Assembly (NCBI GenBank): GCA_029881495.1
Contig: JAOUMJ010000002.1
Span: 2,087 to 66,086 of the forward strand
DNA length: 64,000 nt
From: Nitrospinota bacterium
GTDB lineage: Bacteria > Nitrospinota_A > UBA7883 > JACRGQ01
Direction: 5' to 3'
In this document: positions 56,211 to 64,000 of the stretch, piece by piece
Position numbering within the stretch: position 1 is the stretch's first letter
Layout: every line of letters begins with the position of its first letter
Position numbers and translations under genes: made by a program
The notes under the pieces: generated by a model
What the model was told of the DNA's origin: nothing
Seen by the model: only the letters and a program-made list of their open reading frames with translations
The model's database searches: none

Positions 56211-57662
56211 ATGAAGAAAAACTACGATTTTGCGATACGTGAATTTGTCCGGCTATCAGACATAGCGACGATATTCCTCTCTTTTTATATCGCATATTCC
56301 ATCCGGGCATCCGAAAAATTTGCTCCGCTTGTTACAAAGTATTTAGGCGCATATTTATCAAATCCGATTTCATTAAACTTTGGAGAAAACGAAGTAGAAA
56401 AGATACTTTGGCTTATTGTTCCTCTCTGGCTTTTCCTGTACTCCTTTTTCCAGACATACTCGTTTGAGAGGACAGATACGTTCTTCAAGATTTTCAGGAA
56501 CCTTTCCAAGGTTCATATAGTTGGCGCTCTTGTTGTCGCGACGTTCATATTTTCAACGAATGCCTGGGAATACAGACGTTCCTTTTATGTTCTTTTCGTT
56601 CTGTTCATCTTTGGATTGTCAGCTTCTATCCGTTTCGTCATTTTAATGGGGATGAGGGTGTTCAGGGCGCATGGAAGGAATACAAATCGGGCAATCATTA
56701 TAGGGAGCGGGCAGAAGGCGTTCCAGATACTTTCCGAGCTGAAGAACCACAGCTACTGGGGATTCAGGCTTGAAGGTCTCGTAACGGAAAAAAGGATAAG
56801 CGAACAGACTATGCTGGGGCAGAAGGTATTGGGCTCCATGGATGATCTCGAGATGATTTTACGCAAGATGCCTATCGACGACGTATTCCTGGCCACCGAA
56901 GAGGGGAAATTCCTCGAATTGAAGGGGCTTTTAAGAATCTGCGAAAACATCGGCGTAAACGTATATCTCATCCCGGATAAATACGATATGGAAATAGCAC
57001 ACTCAACAGTGGGGAATTTCGGTGATCTTGACTATATCTCCTTCTCGACCATTCAAACCAATATTGCCCAGAAAGGGGCGAAGAGAGTCATAGATCTCAT
57101 TCTTTCCATGATGCTGATGCCTCTTTTTGCTGTCGCCTACGTTGTTGTCGGTATTATCATAAAGCTCGATTCCAAAGGGCCTGTTCTCTATAAATCACAA
57201 AGGGTGACCAAAAGCAGGCGGCTATTCACTTTTTACAAGTTCCGCACGATGGATGCCGGCGCGGAGGAGAAGTTCCATCTTGTTTCGCGTGAAAATCAGA
57301 TGGAAGGGCCAATATCGAAGATCAAGGATGACCCGCGCGTAACCAAAGTCGGCAGGTTTTTACGAAAGTATTCCATCGACGAGTTGCCGCAGATACTCAA
57401 TGTTTTAATGGGTGATATGAGCCTCGTCGGGCCTCGTCCTCCTACCGCAGAAGAGGTAGCTCATTACTCCGTTCCGCAACTCCGCAAGCTCAGCATGCAC
57501 CAGGGGATGACCGGTCTTTGGCAGGTAAACGGTAGGGACAAGATAGTCCGTTTTGAGGACAGGTTGAAACTCGACCTGGAGTATATAGACAACTGGTCGC
57601 TCTGGCTCGATATAAAGATAATGCTGAAGACTCCGTTCATCATAGTCAAGGGAGCGATGTAG
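56211..57662 (+). CDS. polyprenyl-phosphate hexose-1-phosphate transferase (WbaP/EpsE-type bacterial sugar transferase)
   Basis: N-terminal TM bundle plus CoA-like NAD-binding domain. C-terminal bacterial sugar transferase motifs (KRVIDLILS..., DELPQILNVLMGDMSLVGPRP). Confidence 0.85.
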   Translation: MKKNYDFAIREFVRLSDIATIFLSFYIAYSIRASEKFAPLVTKYLGAYLSNPISLNFGENEVEKILWLIVPLWLFLYSFFQTYSFERTDTFFKIFRNLSKVHIVGALVVATFIFSTNAWEYRRSFYVLFVLFIFGLSASIRFVILMGMRVFRAHGRNTNRAIIIGSGQKAFQILSELKNHSYWGFRLEGLVTEKRISEQTMLGQKVLGSMDDLEMILRKMPIDDVFLATEEGKFLELKGLLRICENIGVNVYLIPDKYDMEIAHSTVGNFGDLDYISFSTIQTNIAQKGAKRVIDLILSMMLMPLFAVAYVVVGIIIKLDSKGPVLYKSQRVTKSRRLFTFYKFRTMDAGAEEKFHLVSRENQMEGPISKIKDDPRVTKVGRFLRKYSIDELPQILNVLMGDMSLVGPRPPTAEEVAHYSVPQLRKLSMHQGMTGLWQVNGRDKIVRFEDRLKLDLEYIDNWSLWLDIKIMLKTPFIIVKGAM

Positions 57663-57772
57663 GAGACTCTCTCCTGCTGAATCCGTCACATGTTCTTTCT
57701 TTCCGAGGGTATCCCTCGTCAGGAATTTAGTGAAAAAACGGTGTGAGACTCCCCCTTTTAGCGGGGGAGCTG

Positions 57773-58141
57773 TTAGAGCGTGCCCGCGTTCTGGCGGGTA
57801 ATTTCCATAGGATCGATAACGTCGGTAACGCGAATGCCGAACCGTTCATTGACCACGACAACCTCGCCTCGGGCTATCAGGAGCCCGTTAATGAATATTT
57901 CCATAGGTTCGCCTACGAGCTTGTCCAGCTCCAGCACGGCGCCGTCGTTCAGTTTCAGGACTTCGCGGATGGTGATGCTCGCCCTGCCGAGCTCGGCATT
58001 GACTACCAGCGGTATATCAAGGTATTGGGCAAGGTCGTCCTTGATCTTGGTAAGGGCTATTTTTTCTTCATCGGTTTTTTCGACAATTTGCAACGTTTCC
58101 GCGTCGGCATCATCGTCCATTATGTCTTTTTCTTTGCCCAT
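57773..58141 (-). CDS. fliN: FliN-like SpoA-domain protein (flagellar motor switch C-ring family)
   Basis: LVVNAELGRASITIREVLKLNDGAVLELDKLVGEPMEIFINGLLIARGEVVVVNERFGIRVTDVI is a near-canonical FliN/SpoA core. Only 122 aa. Confidence 0.75.
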   Translation of the reverse strand: MGKEKDIMDDDADAETLQIVEKTDEEKIALTKIKDDLAQYLDIPLVVNAELGRASITIREVLKLNDGAVLELDKLVGEPMEIFINGLLIARGEVVVVNERFGIRVTDVIDPMEITRQNAGTL

Positions 58142-58142
58142 C

Positions 58143-58559
58143 TTATCCTTTCTTTACTTCTTCAACATATCTCATTCGAAGTTCATAAAGGGACGTATCA
58201 AGGAGCTGTTTTTCTTCATCGGTAAGGTTGCCCTTTGTTTTCTCCTGTATTATAGCCAAAATATCGATCGATTGTTTTGCATGGTCGAGGTTTTTTGGGA
58301 TATGGCCTGAAACCGGGTCCTGATACCCTCCGAGGTTCATGGCCGCGGAAGAGCTGAGTGATATGATGAAAGTGGAAAAATCTATCGGAGGGAAACTCCT
58401 CTTTGAGCGTTCCTTCTCCCCCTTATCGGCGTTTTTCGCCGCTCCCTCCTTCTTTACTTCCGAAGAACCGGCGGTTTCACGGGAAGCATCTGAGTCAGGT
58501 TCCGAAGAGCCTCTCTTGTCCTTGATAACAAAAGACTTTTTCTCTTCTTCGCTGACCAT
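58143..58559 (-). CDS. acidic hypothetical protein with a conserved hydrophobic segment (DUF1844-like)
   Basis: N-terminal Ser/Glu/Lys-rich region followed by FSTFIISLSSSAAMNLG. The family assignment is from memory and uncertain. Confidence 0.45.
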   Translation of the reverse strand: MVSEEEKKSFVIKDKRGSSEPDSDASRETAGSSEVKKEGAAKNADKGEKERSKRSFPPIDFSTFIISLSSSAAMNLGGYQDPVSGHIPKNLDHAKQSIDILAIIQEKTKGNLTDEEKQLLDTSLYELRMRYVEEVKKG

Positions 58560-58564
58560 GATCT

Positions 58565-58804
58565 TTATCCGTCCAGATGTCCTTTGGAGAGGGTAATTGT
58601 CTTGATCTCTTCCAGTTTCTTAACCTGGATTTTCTGCTCGACGATTTCCTTGAGAGCTATGTCGAACAGCGAGAGGCCATCGGGATCTACCATCGGCTCA
58701 ACACCCCCCTGAAGCTGTCGGATCCTCATAGACATTGCGTTTACAAGGAGGTAATGCTCCGGGATGACTTCTAGCGCTTTTCCATATAATTTCAGATCAA
58801 ACAT
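58565..58804 (-). CDS. rpoZ: DNA-directed RNA polymerase subunit omega
   Basis: 79 aa. Pattern IPEHYLLVNAMSMRIRQLQGG..P.V.......IALKEI matches the RpoZ core. Confidence 0.55.
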   Translation of the reverse strand: MFDLKLYGKALEVIPEHYLLVNAMSMRIRQLQGGVEPMVDPDGLSLFDIALKEIVEQKIQVKKLEEIKTITLSKGHLDG

Positions 58805-58831
58805 TTGATTTTGGTTCCTTCTCTTTTCCGG

Positions 58832-59230
58832 TTACTCGTTTGCGCCGAACTTGTAGGTTTCGTTTGCGCCTGTGTCGTCTTCTTCCTTCTTTTCAAATTC
58901 TTCCTGGCAATCGATGCAGAATTTCACGAAGGGTCTTGCCGCCAATCGTTTAATCTCTATCTGCTCCTCGCAGTTCTCGCAGACGCCATAGATGCCGCCA
59001 TGCAGTTTTTCAAGGGCTTCGTTGATAAGCTGGAGTTCCTGGTTGATCCGGTGCCTAAGCGTCATTGACATTTCGAGCTCCGTTGCATGTTCGGCTACGT
59101 CAAGCTCGTCTCCGTGTGGAGCTTCTATCTGCGTAATTCTGTCGTCCGCATGGTTGGATTCAAGGGCTATCAGCTCTTTTTTCCTGTCTTGCAACTGCCC
59201 AAGAAGCTCTTTGTATTCTTTACTTAACAT
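58832..59230 (-). CDS. DksA/TraR-family C4 zinc-finger protein
   Basis: N-terminal coiled coil (with an acidic tip DEL). C-terminal CENCEEQI...CIDCQ four-Cys finger. Confidence 0.75.
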   Translation of the reverse strand: MLSKEYKELLGQLQDRKKELIALESNHADDRITQIEAPHGDELDVAEHATELEMSMTLRHRINQELQLINEALEKLHGGIYGVCENCEEQIEIKRLAARPFVKFCIDCQEEFEKKEEDDTGANETYKFGANE

Positions 59231-59567
59231 CCAACGAATTCCCTATATTAAATTTATTGGTATTTTATTTCGCATAAACTGAACGTCATTAGATACCATA
59301 CAAAACAGCGTTTAGCAATAACAATAAACAAATAACCATCTTCTGCCTAAGCGCCATTAAAAACAATAAGTTGCGCTCAAGGCCGGTCCTTTTGCCGAAA
59401 AGGGCCGAATAGATATCATTTATTTATCGGTCATTTGACCTATTTGATGAATAGCGCGGTATCTAAAGAGAAATTGAAACTTATTTGTATTTTGTGCCTC
59501 TAAAGGGGGTGTGGAAAAGGGTGAAGCATGGTAAAATTCGTTTGTTTTTGCAAGGGATAACATATTT

Positions 59568-59795
59568 TTGAAGAGGAAGAAGATGCTTGTAAACGTTTCT
59601 TGGGGTATTCTGGCGCTGTTTGCCGTTGTAATGACATTCGCACCGCTTGGGTATACGCCTCACCTGGTTGAAAAGTGGCAGATGTTCAAGGAAGGGACAT
59701 TGAAAAAGCCGATCGATATCTTTGACGTCTTTTTTCATCTCTCCCCCTATTTTCTTATGGCGATAAAGGCATACGAGGAGTTTTTCAAGGAGTAA
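59568..59795 (+). CDS. hypothetical small membrane protein
   Basis: One TM (VSWGILALFAVVMTFAPL). The true start may be the ATG at 59583 after a GAGGAAG RBS. An overlapping minus-strand ORF was rejected. Confidence 0.35.
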   Translation: MKRKKMLVNVSWGILALFAVVMTFAPLGYTPHLVEKWQMFKEGTLKKPIDIFDVFFHLSPYFLMAIKAYEEFFKE

Positions 59796-59905
59796 CCGCC
59801 GCCTACCGCTCTATCTTTTTTTGCCACTCCTCCATTCACGATTATTTCCCGTAATCACCGCGTATTGTTTAAAATAGTCCGGATTTCGTTAATCGATGAT
59901 CAAGA

Positions 59906-60520
59906 ATGGAGGGGGACATTAAGGGCAAATTTATCGTGCTTGAAGGGCTGGACGGCTCCGGTAAAAGCACACAGGCGAAAAGGCTTGTCGAGAGGCTCAA
60001 TCTCTCCGGGATAAAAGCGGTCTCGCTCAGGGAGCCAACGGATGGACAATGGGGGAGGAAGATAAGGGAGATAGCCGCAAAAGGGCGCGAAGGTATCACC
60101 CCTGAAGAGGAACTGAGCTACTTTGTGAACGACCGGCGCGAGGATGTGGAGAAGAACATCATCCCGGCGTTAAACGATGGCATGGTGGTGGTGATGGACA
60201 GGTATATCTATTCAAACATGGCGTACCAGGGGGCGCTCGGGATAGACGTAGACCATATAGCAGAGATTAACAGAGAATTTCCGAGGCCGGACCTGGTGAT
60301 CTTTCTTGATTTCAAGCCTGGAGAAGGGCTTGGCAGGGTAGAGATGAGGGGAGCCGCGAACGCGGGCTTTGAAAAGAGGGAGTTTCTGGAAAAGGTCTAC
60401 GAAACATATCAGCTTCCGCAGTTTGAAATTATGTCGAGGATCAGTGCGAAGGGGAGCGTCGAAGAGGTCGGCGAGAGGATATGGGGAGTTGTTGCGCCGT
60501 ATCTGGAGGATTTTCAGTGA
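59906..60520 (+). CDS. tmk: thymidylate kinase
   Basis: P-loop EGLDGSGKST. DRY motif (MDRYIYS). LID region. Confidence 0.92.
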   Translation: MEGDIKGKFIVLEGLDGSGKSTQAKRLVERLNLSGIKAVSLREPTDGQWGRKIREIAAKGREGITPEEELSYFVNDRREDVEKNIIPALNDGMVVVMDRYIYSNMAYQGALGIDVDHIAEINREFPRPDLVIFLDFKPGEGLGRVEMRGAANAGFEKREFLEKVYETYQLPQFEIMSRISAKGSVEEVGERIWGVVAPYLEDFQ

Positions 60521-60972
60521 AGGACGATGACGAATTCAGGACTATCTACGAGCTGAATCCGAGCCAGATACGGGATCTGGAGCTGTTATACAGGAAAGAG
60601 TGGTGGGCCAGTACGAGGGAGTTCAAGGATATAAAAACCATGCTTGAGAACAGCGATCTGGTGATCGGGATATTGGAATCCGCAACCGGGAAGTTGGTAG
60701 CATTTACCCGCGTTCTCTCCGATTTCGTATACAAGGGGCTGATACTGGATGTGATCGTGGCGCACGATTACCGGCAAAAAAAGCTGGGACGGAGGCTGAT
60801 GGATACGATCCTGAATCATCCTAAGCTGAAAGCGGTACACCGTTTCGAACTCTACTGCCTCCCGGAGATGGCTCCGTTCTATGAGAAGTGGGGTTTCGTG
60901 GAGACGAAAAAGGTTTTATTCATGGTCAGGGAATCGGTTAAGCCGGGGGAAAAAATAGACGAACTCGCATAG
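60517..60972 (+). CDS. GNAT-family N-acetyltransferase
   Basis: Acetyl-CoA motif A-like Q..G.G..L (YRQKKLGRRLM). A GTG start overlaps the tmk stop (GTGA). Confidence 0.7.
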   Translation: MKDDDEFRTIYELNPSQIRDLELLYRKEWWASTREFKDIKTMLENSDLVIGILESATGKLVAFTRVLSDFVYKGLILDVIVAHDYRQKKLGRRLMDTILNHPKLKAVHRFELYCLPEMAPFYEKWGFVETKKVLFMVRESVKPGEKIDELA

Positions 60973-60997
60973 CGCGATGGAACGGATTTTTTTTTTA

Positions 60998-63376
60998 CTA
61001 CTCTTGCTGGTCGCTGTCCGAACCGGCTGAGGCGAGGGATTCTTCCTTCTCTCCGTCATCGCCGGCATTCACCTTCGATTCATCGATGTGCTTCTGCCGG
61101 GTGAAATCGCACTCCTTGTTGGGGCACTTCAGCTTGATCGTGTTGTTGTCTATCTTCCTCGCGAATACGAGATACTTGCTGCCGCAGACTTCGCATGGGA
61201 GATCGAAAGGTTTTTCCCAGCTTGTGAAATCGCAATCGGGATATTTGGTGCATCCGTAGAAGCTTCTCCCTTTCTTGGATTTTCTCTCCGCGATCTCGCC
61301 GATACATCCGTCCTTGGGGCATTTGATGCCGAGAGTGAACGGTTTTGTGGTTTTGCATTCGGGATAGTTCGAGCATGCGATGAATTTTCCGAATTTTCCA
61401 GACTTGATGAGAAACTCGCCGTCTCCGCAGACATGGCATTTTTCGCCTGTCTTGACAGGTTCCGCGGCCCCTTTCCCTATCTGCCTGGTGCTCTTGCACT
61501 CCGGGTATCCGGTACAGGCGAGGAACTGGCCGAAGCGACCGTATTTAATCTCCATCTCCTTGCCGCACTTATCGCACTTCTCTTCGTACTCGGTCCCTAT
61601 CTTGTAGTTCTTCATCTCCTTGCCCGCCTTTTCGAGCGCGGAAACAAAAGGCGTGTAGTATTCGTTCATCAGGGATACCCAGTCTTTCCTTCCGCCTTCA
61701 ACCTCGTCGAGGTTCTCCTCCATCTGCGCCGTGAAACCTATGTCCATGATGGCAGGGAAGTGGAGCACAAGCGCCTCCGTGATCAGCTTTCCGAGTTCCG
61801 TAGGCCAAAGCCTCCTCTCCTCAAGCTCCGCGTAGTCGCGGTCGATTATCGTCGACATGATTGAGGCATATGTGCTCGGACGCCCGATACCCTTATCCTC
61901 AAGCTCCTTGATAAGAGTTGCCTCGCTGTACCTCGGCGGAGGCTGTGTGAAGTGCTGGTTAGGTGTTATCTCGTTTAGCGCGAGCCTCTCCCCCTCCTCA
62001 AGGTTCGGGATAACGCTCTCATCATCCTTGTCCGTCTTGTCGTCATCCTTGTAGACTTTCAGGTAACCCTCAAACTTCACGTTCGAACCGGAGGCGCGCA
62101 ACAGATGACGTCCCGCGTTGATATCCACCGAGAGGGTGTTGATGATCGCCGGGCTCATCTGGCTGGCGACAAACCTTTTCCAGATAAGATCGTAGACCTT
62201 GTACTCTTCCGGCTGGAGCATATCTTTCAGCGACGCCGGCGTCCTGAGTACCGATGTCGGCCTTATGGCTTCGTGCCCCTCTTGCGCAGATTTCTTTACC
62301 TTGAAGGTGTTTGGCGCTTCAGGAAGAAAATCCTTCCCCATTGTTTCAGTGATGTATCCTCGAACCTCTTCAAGCGCTTCCGTTGCCGTCCTGGTTGAGT
62401 CCGTTCTCATATAGGTGATAAGACCGACCCTTTCGTCGTGCCCGATGTCTTCGCCTTCATATAGCCTTTGAGCAAGCCTCATGGTCCTTGAGGCGGAGTA
62501 TCTGAATCTTTGGGATGCCGCCTGCTGGAGTGTGCTGGTGATAAACGGAGCAGGAGCGTTTCGCTTTTTATCCTTGACGGTCAGCGTCGTAACGGCAAGA
62601 GCTTCTTTTTTTATTTCGTCGACTGTCTTCTGCGCGTCCGCGCCGTTATCGAGTTCGAATTTTTTACCGTCGGTGTGGAAGAGCTTTGCATCGAACTCAT
62701 CCTTTCCGTTCGGTTTCAGTTTGCATGTGACGGTCCAGTACTCTCTCGGTACGAAAGCCGTAATTTCGTTCTCCCTGTCTACAAGCACCCGGAGGGCCAC
62801 CGACTGCACGCGCCCCGCGGATAGACCTCTCCGCACCTTTTCCCAGAGAAGGGGGCTGAGTTTGTATCCCACTATTCTGTCAAGGGCGCGCCTTGCCTGC
62901 TGGGCCTGTACGCGGTTTACGTCGATCGTGAGCGGGTGCTCTATCGCTTCGGTGATAGCCTTCTTTGTTATCTCGTTGAACTGTATCCTGTAGATCTGTC
63001 CCTTTGTGTCTATTACGTCGTTGATGTGCTGGGCGATCGCCTCCCCTTCGCGATCAGGGTCAGGGGCAAGGTAGATGTTGTCCGCACCTTTTGCCGCCGC
63101 TTTCAGCTCCTTTATTACAGAAGCCTTCCCTTTAATGGTTACAAGCTGAAGGGCGAATCCGTTCTCAACGTCGATCCCCAGCTTGCTTTTCGGCAGATCG
63201 CGTATGTGACCGATGCTTGCCTTTACGTCGAAACCTCGCCCAAGGTATTTGCGTATTGTATTCGCCTTGGCTGGAGACTCTACGATAACGAGGTTCTTAA
63301 CCTGTTTCCTTGAGGCGCTCTTTGCGCTTTTTTTCGCTGAGGTTGTCTTTTTTGCTTTCTTCTTCGCTTCTGCCAT
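60998..63376 (-). CDS. topA: DNA topoisomerase I
   Basis: Toprim domain (LVIVESPAKA). Catalytic Tyr region (GLITYMRTDS). Three C-terminal C4 zinc ribbons and a Lys-rich N-terminal extension. Confidence 0.95.
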   Translation of the reverse strand: MAEAKKKAKKTTSAKKSAKSASRKQVKNLVIVESPAKANTIRKYLGRGFDVKASIGHIRDLPKSKLGIDVENGFALQLVTIKGKASVIKELKAAAKGADNIYLAPDPDREGEAIAQHINDVIDTKGQIYRIQFNEITKKAITEAIEHPLTIDVNRVQAQQARRALDRIVGYKLSPLLWEKVRRGLSAGRVQSVALRVLVDRENEITAFVPREYWTVTCKLKPNGKDEFDAKLFHTDGKKFELDNGADAQKTVDEIKKEALAVTTLTVKDKKRNAPAPFITSTLQQAASQRFRYSASRTMRLAQRLYEGEDIGHDERVGLITYMRTDSTRTATEALEEVRGYITETMGKDFLPEAPNTFKVKKSAQEGHEAIRPTSVLRTPASLKDMLQPEEYKVYDLIWKRFVASQMSPAIINTLSVDINAGRHLLRASGSNVKFEGYLKVYKDDDKTDKDDESVIPNLEEGERLALNEITPNQHFTQPPPRYSEATLIKELEDKGIGRPSTYASIMSTIIDRDYAELEERRLWPTELGKLITEALVLHFPAIMDIGFTAQMEENLDEVEGGRKDWVSLMNEYYTPFVSALEKAGKEMKNYKIGTEYEEKCDKCGKEMEIKYGRFGQFLACTGYPECKSTRQIGKGAAEPVKTGEKCHVCGDGEFLIKSGKFGKFIACSNYPECKTTKPFTLGIKCPKDGCIGEIAERKSKKGRSFYGCTKYPDCDFTSWEKPFDLPCEVCGSKYLVFARKIDNNTIKLKCPNKECDFTRQKHIDESKVNAGDDGEKEESLASAGSDSDQQE

Positions 63377-63425
63377 CAGGGAACTCTAGACAAAATGTTT
63401 CGGGTTAGTCAAGTCTTGATAAAAA

Positions 63426-64000
63426 TTATCTGTTTTTTAATTGCGGGAAGAGTATTACTTCGCGGATGGTATCGTGACCCGTCAGGAGCATCGCGAGGCG
63501 GTCAATCCCTATCCCTTCGCCTGCCGTAGGGGGCATTCCATACTCCAGCGCGGTGACGAAATCTTCGTCCATTCCATGCGCTTCGTCGTCGCCGGAATCT
63601 TTCATCTTCACCTGCTCTTCGAACCGCGCGAACTGGTCGTCGGGGTCGTTAAGCTCAGTATAGGCATTCGCTATCTCTTTCGCGCCGATGAACAGCTCGA
63701 ACCTCTCCACTATCTCGGGATTATCAGCTCTTTTCTGGCTGAGCGGAGAGAGTGAAAGAGGGTAGTCGTATATGAATGTCGGCTGTATCAATTTCGGCTC
63801 AACGCAGAAATCAAAAAGTTTTTCGAGGACTTTCGCGCCACGTTCCGTCTTTTCCGTCTTAACGCCATGCTCATGGAGCCACTTTTTTGCCTTCTCTATG
63901 TCCTTTACGATATCTTCCGGCACTCCGCCTACCTCGACAAGGGATTGAAAGAAGGTGTAGCGTTTATACTTCCCGCCCATTTCGATCTCGTTTCCGCCCC
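63426..64000 (-). CDS. lysS: lysine--tRNA ligase (class II), C-terminal part; the start lies beyond the window end
   Basis: Class II motif 3 region GMPPTAGEGIGIDRLAMLLT. Motif 2-like FELFIGAKEIANAYTELNDP. Confidence 0.85.
   Translation of the reverse strand, partial: GGNEIEMGGKYKRYTFFQSLVEVGGVPEDIVKDIEKAKKWLHEHGVKTEKTERGAKVLEKLFDFCVEPKLIQPTFIYDYPLSLSPLSQKRADNPEIVERFELFIGAKEIANAYTELNDPDDQFARFEEQVKMKDSGDDEAHGMDEDFVTALEYGMPPTAGEGIGIDRLAMLLTGHDTIREVILFPQLKNR

Noticed and set aside
59481-59738. 85-aa minus-strand ORF
   Set aside because: Overlaps the more plausible plus-strand small membrane-protein ORF (59568..59795), which has an RBS. The minus ORF has no RBS and has odd Cys/His/Lys-rich composition. 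Neither is certain.
61088-61864. 258-aa plus-strand ORF, and also 7588..8322 antisense to the HEAT gene
   Set aside because: Antisense to topA and to the HEAT-repeat gene respectively. The opposite strands have strong family-level identification.

Overview
This 64-kb window is a gene-dense, mostly housekeeping stretch of a Gram-negative bacterial chromosome of roughly 50% GC. Gram-negative is inferred from BamD, the Kdo transferase WaaA, a DUF374 acyltransferase-like protein, a predicted outer-membrane beta-barrel, PBP1A and an SLT lytic transglycosylase.

Genes I can support:
- Ion and solute transport: a partial Ca2+/cation antiporter, trkH-trkA, a DASS/SLC13-type anion permease.
- Chaperones, transcription and translation: groES-groEL with an upstream CIRCE operator, greA, gatC-gatA, a dksA-like gene followed by rpoZ, and a partial lysS.
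- DNA metabolism: topA, tmk, xerD, a family-4 uracil-DNA glycosylase, and nadK followed by recN.
- Cell envelope: bamD, a ddl-like ATP-grasp ligase, mrcA (PBP1A), a WbaP-like sugar transferase, waaA with its DUF374 partner, and an AmgK-like kinase.
- Other housekeeping: coaBC, glgP, ridA, nif3 next to a COG1579 zinc-ribbon gene, and two SAM-dependent methyltransferases.
- One RNA gene missed by the ORF track: RNase P RNA (rnpB, type A) at about 47180-47549 on the plus strand.
- A large amount of signalling hardware: two CheR paralogues, a CheY, a STAS antagonist, an 804-aa HEAT-repeat protein, a REC-PilZ protein, a REC-HisKA protein lacking an ATPase domain, a GGDEF cyclase, a GAF/PAS histidine kinase, a stand-alone FliN/SpoA-domain protein, and an ODP/flavodiiron-like MBL-fold protein.

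Regions that look accessory or unusual:
1. A 4.77-kb gene (23226-27995) encodes a 1589-aa, extremely acidic protein. It has an N-terminal MJ0042-type zinc ribbon, one transmembrane helix and a DUF3426-like C-terminal domain. Its linker is hugely expanded and contains two tandem-repeat arrays (96 bp x about 7 and 90 bp x about 6). About 35 copies of a short acidic-hydrophobic motif, D-[IL]-D-x-[ILM]-F-A-E, are spread across it. I speculate these are docking peptides resembling the FliM-N/CheZ-C CheY-binding peptides, or alternatively the FtsZ/SSB C-terminal tails; no partner is identified. A REC-HisKA gene follows 100 bp downstream on the same strand.
2. A roughly 3.25-kb insertion lies between two nearly identical 170-bp direct repeats (15955-16126 and 19374-19542). 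Each repeat duplicates the last 46 codons and stop region of glgP. The cargo is an AT-rich promoter region plus one lipoprotein gene carrying two proprotein-convertase P-domains but no peptidase domain. No integrase is present in this 3.25-kb segment.

No CRISPR array was found, and no tRNA could be supported by eye. No canonical defence system was recognised.
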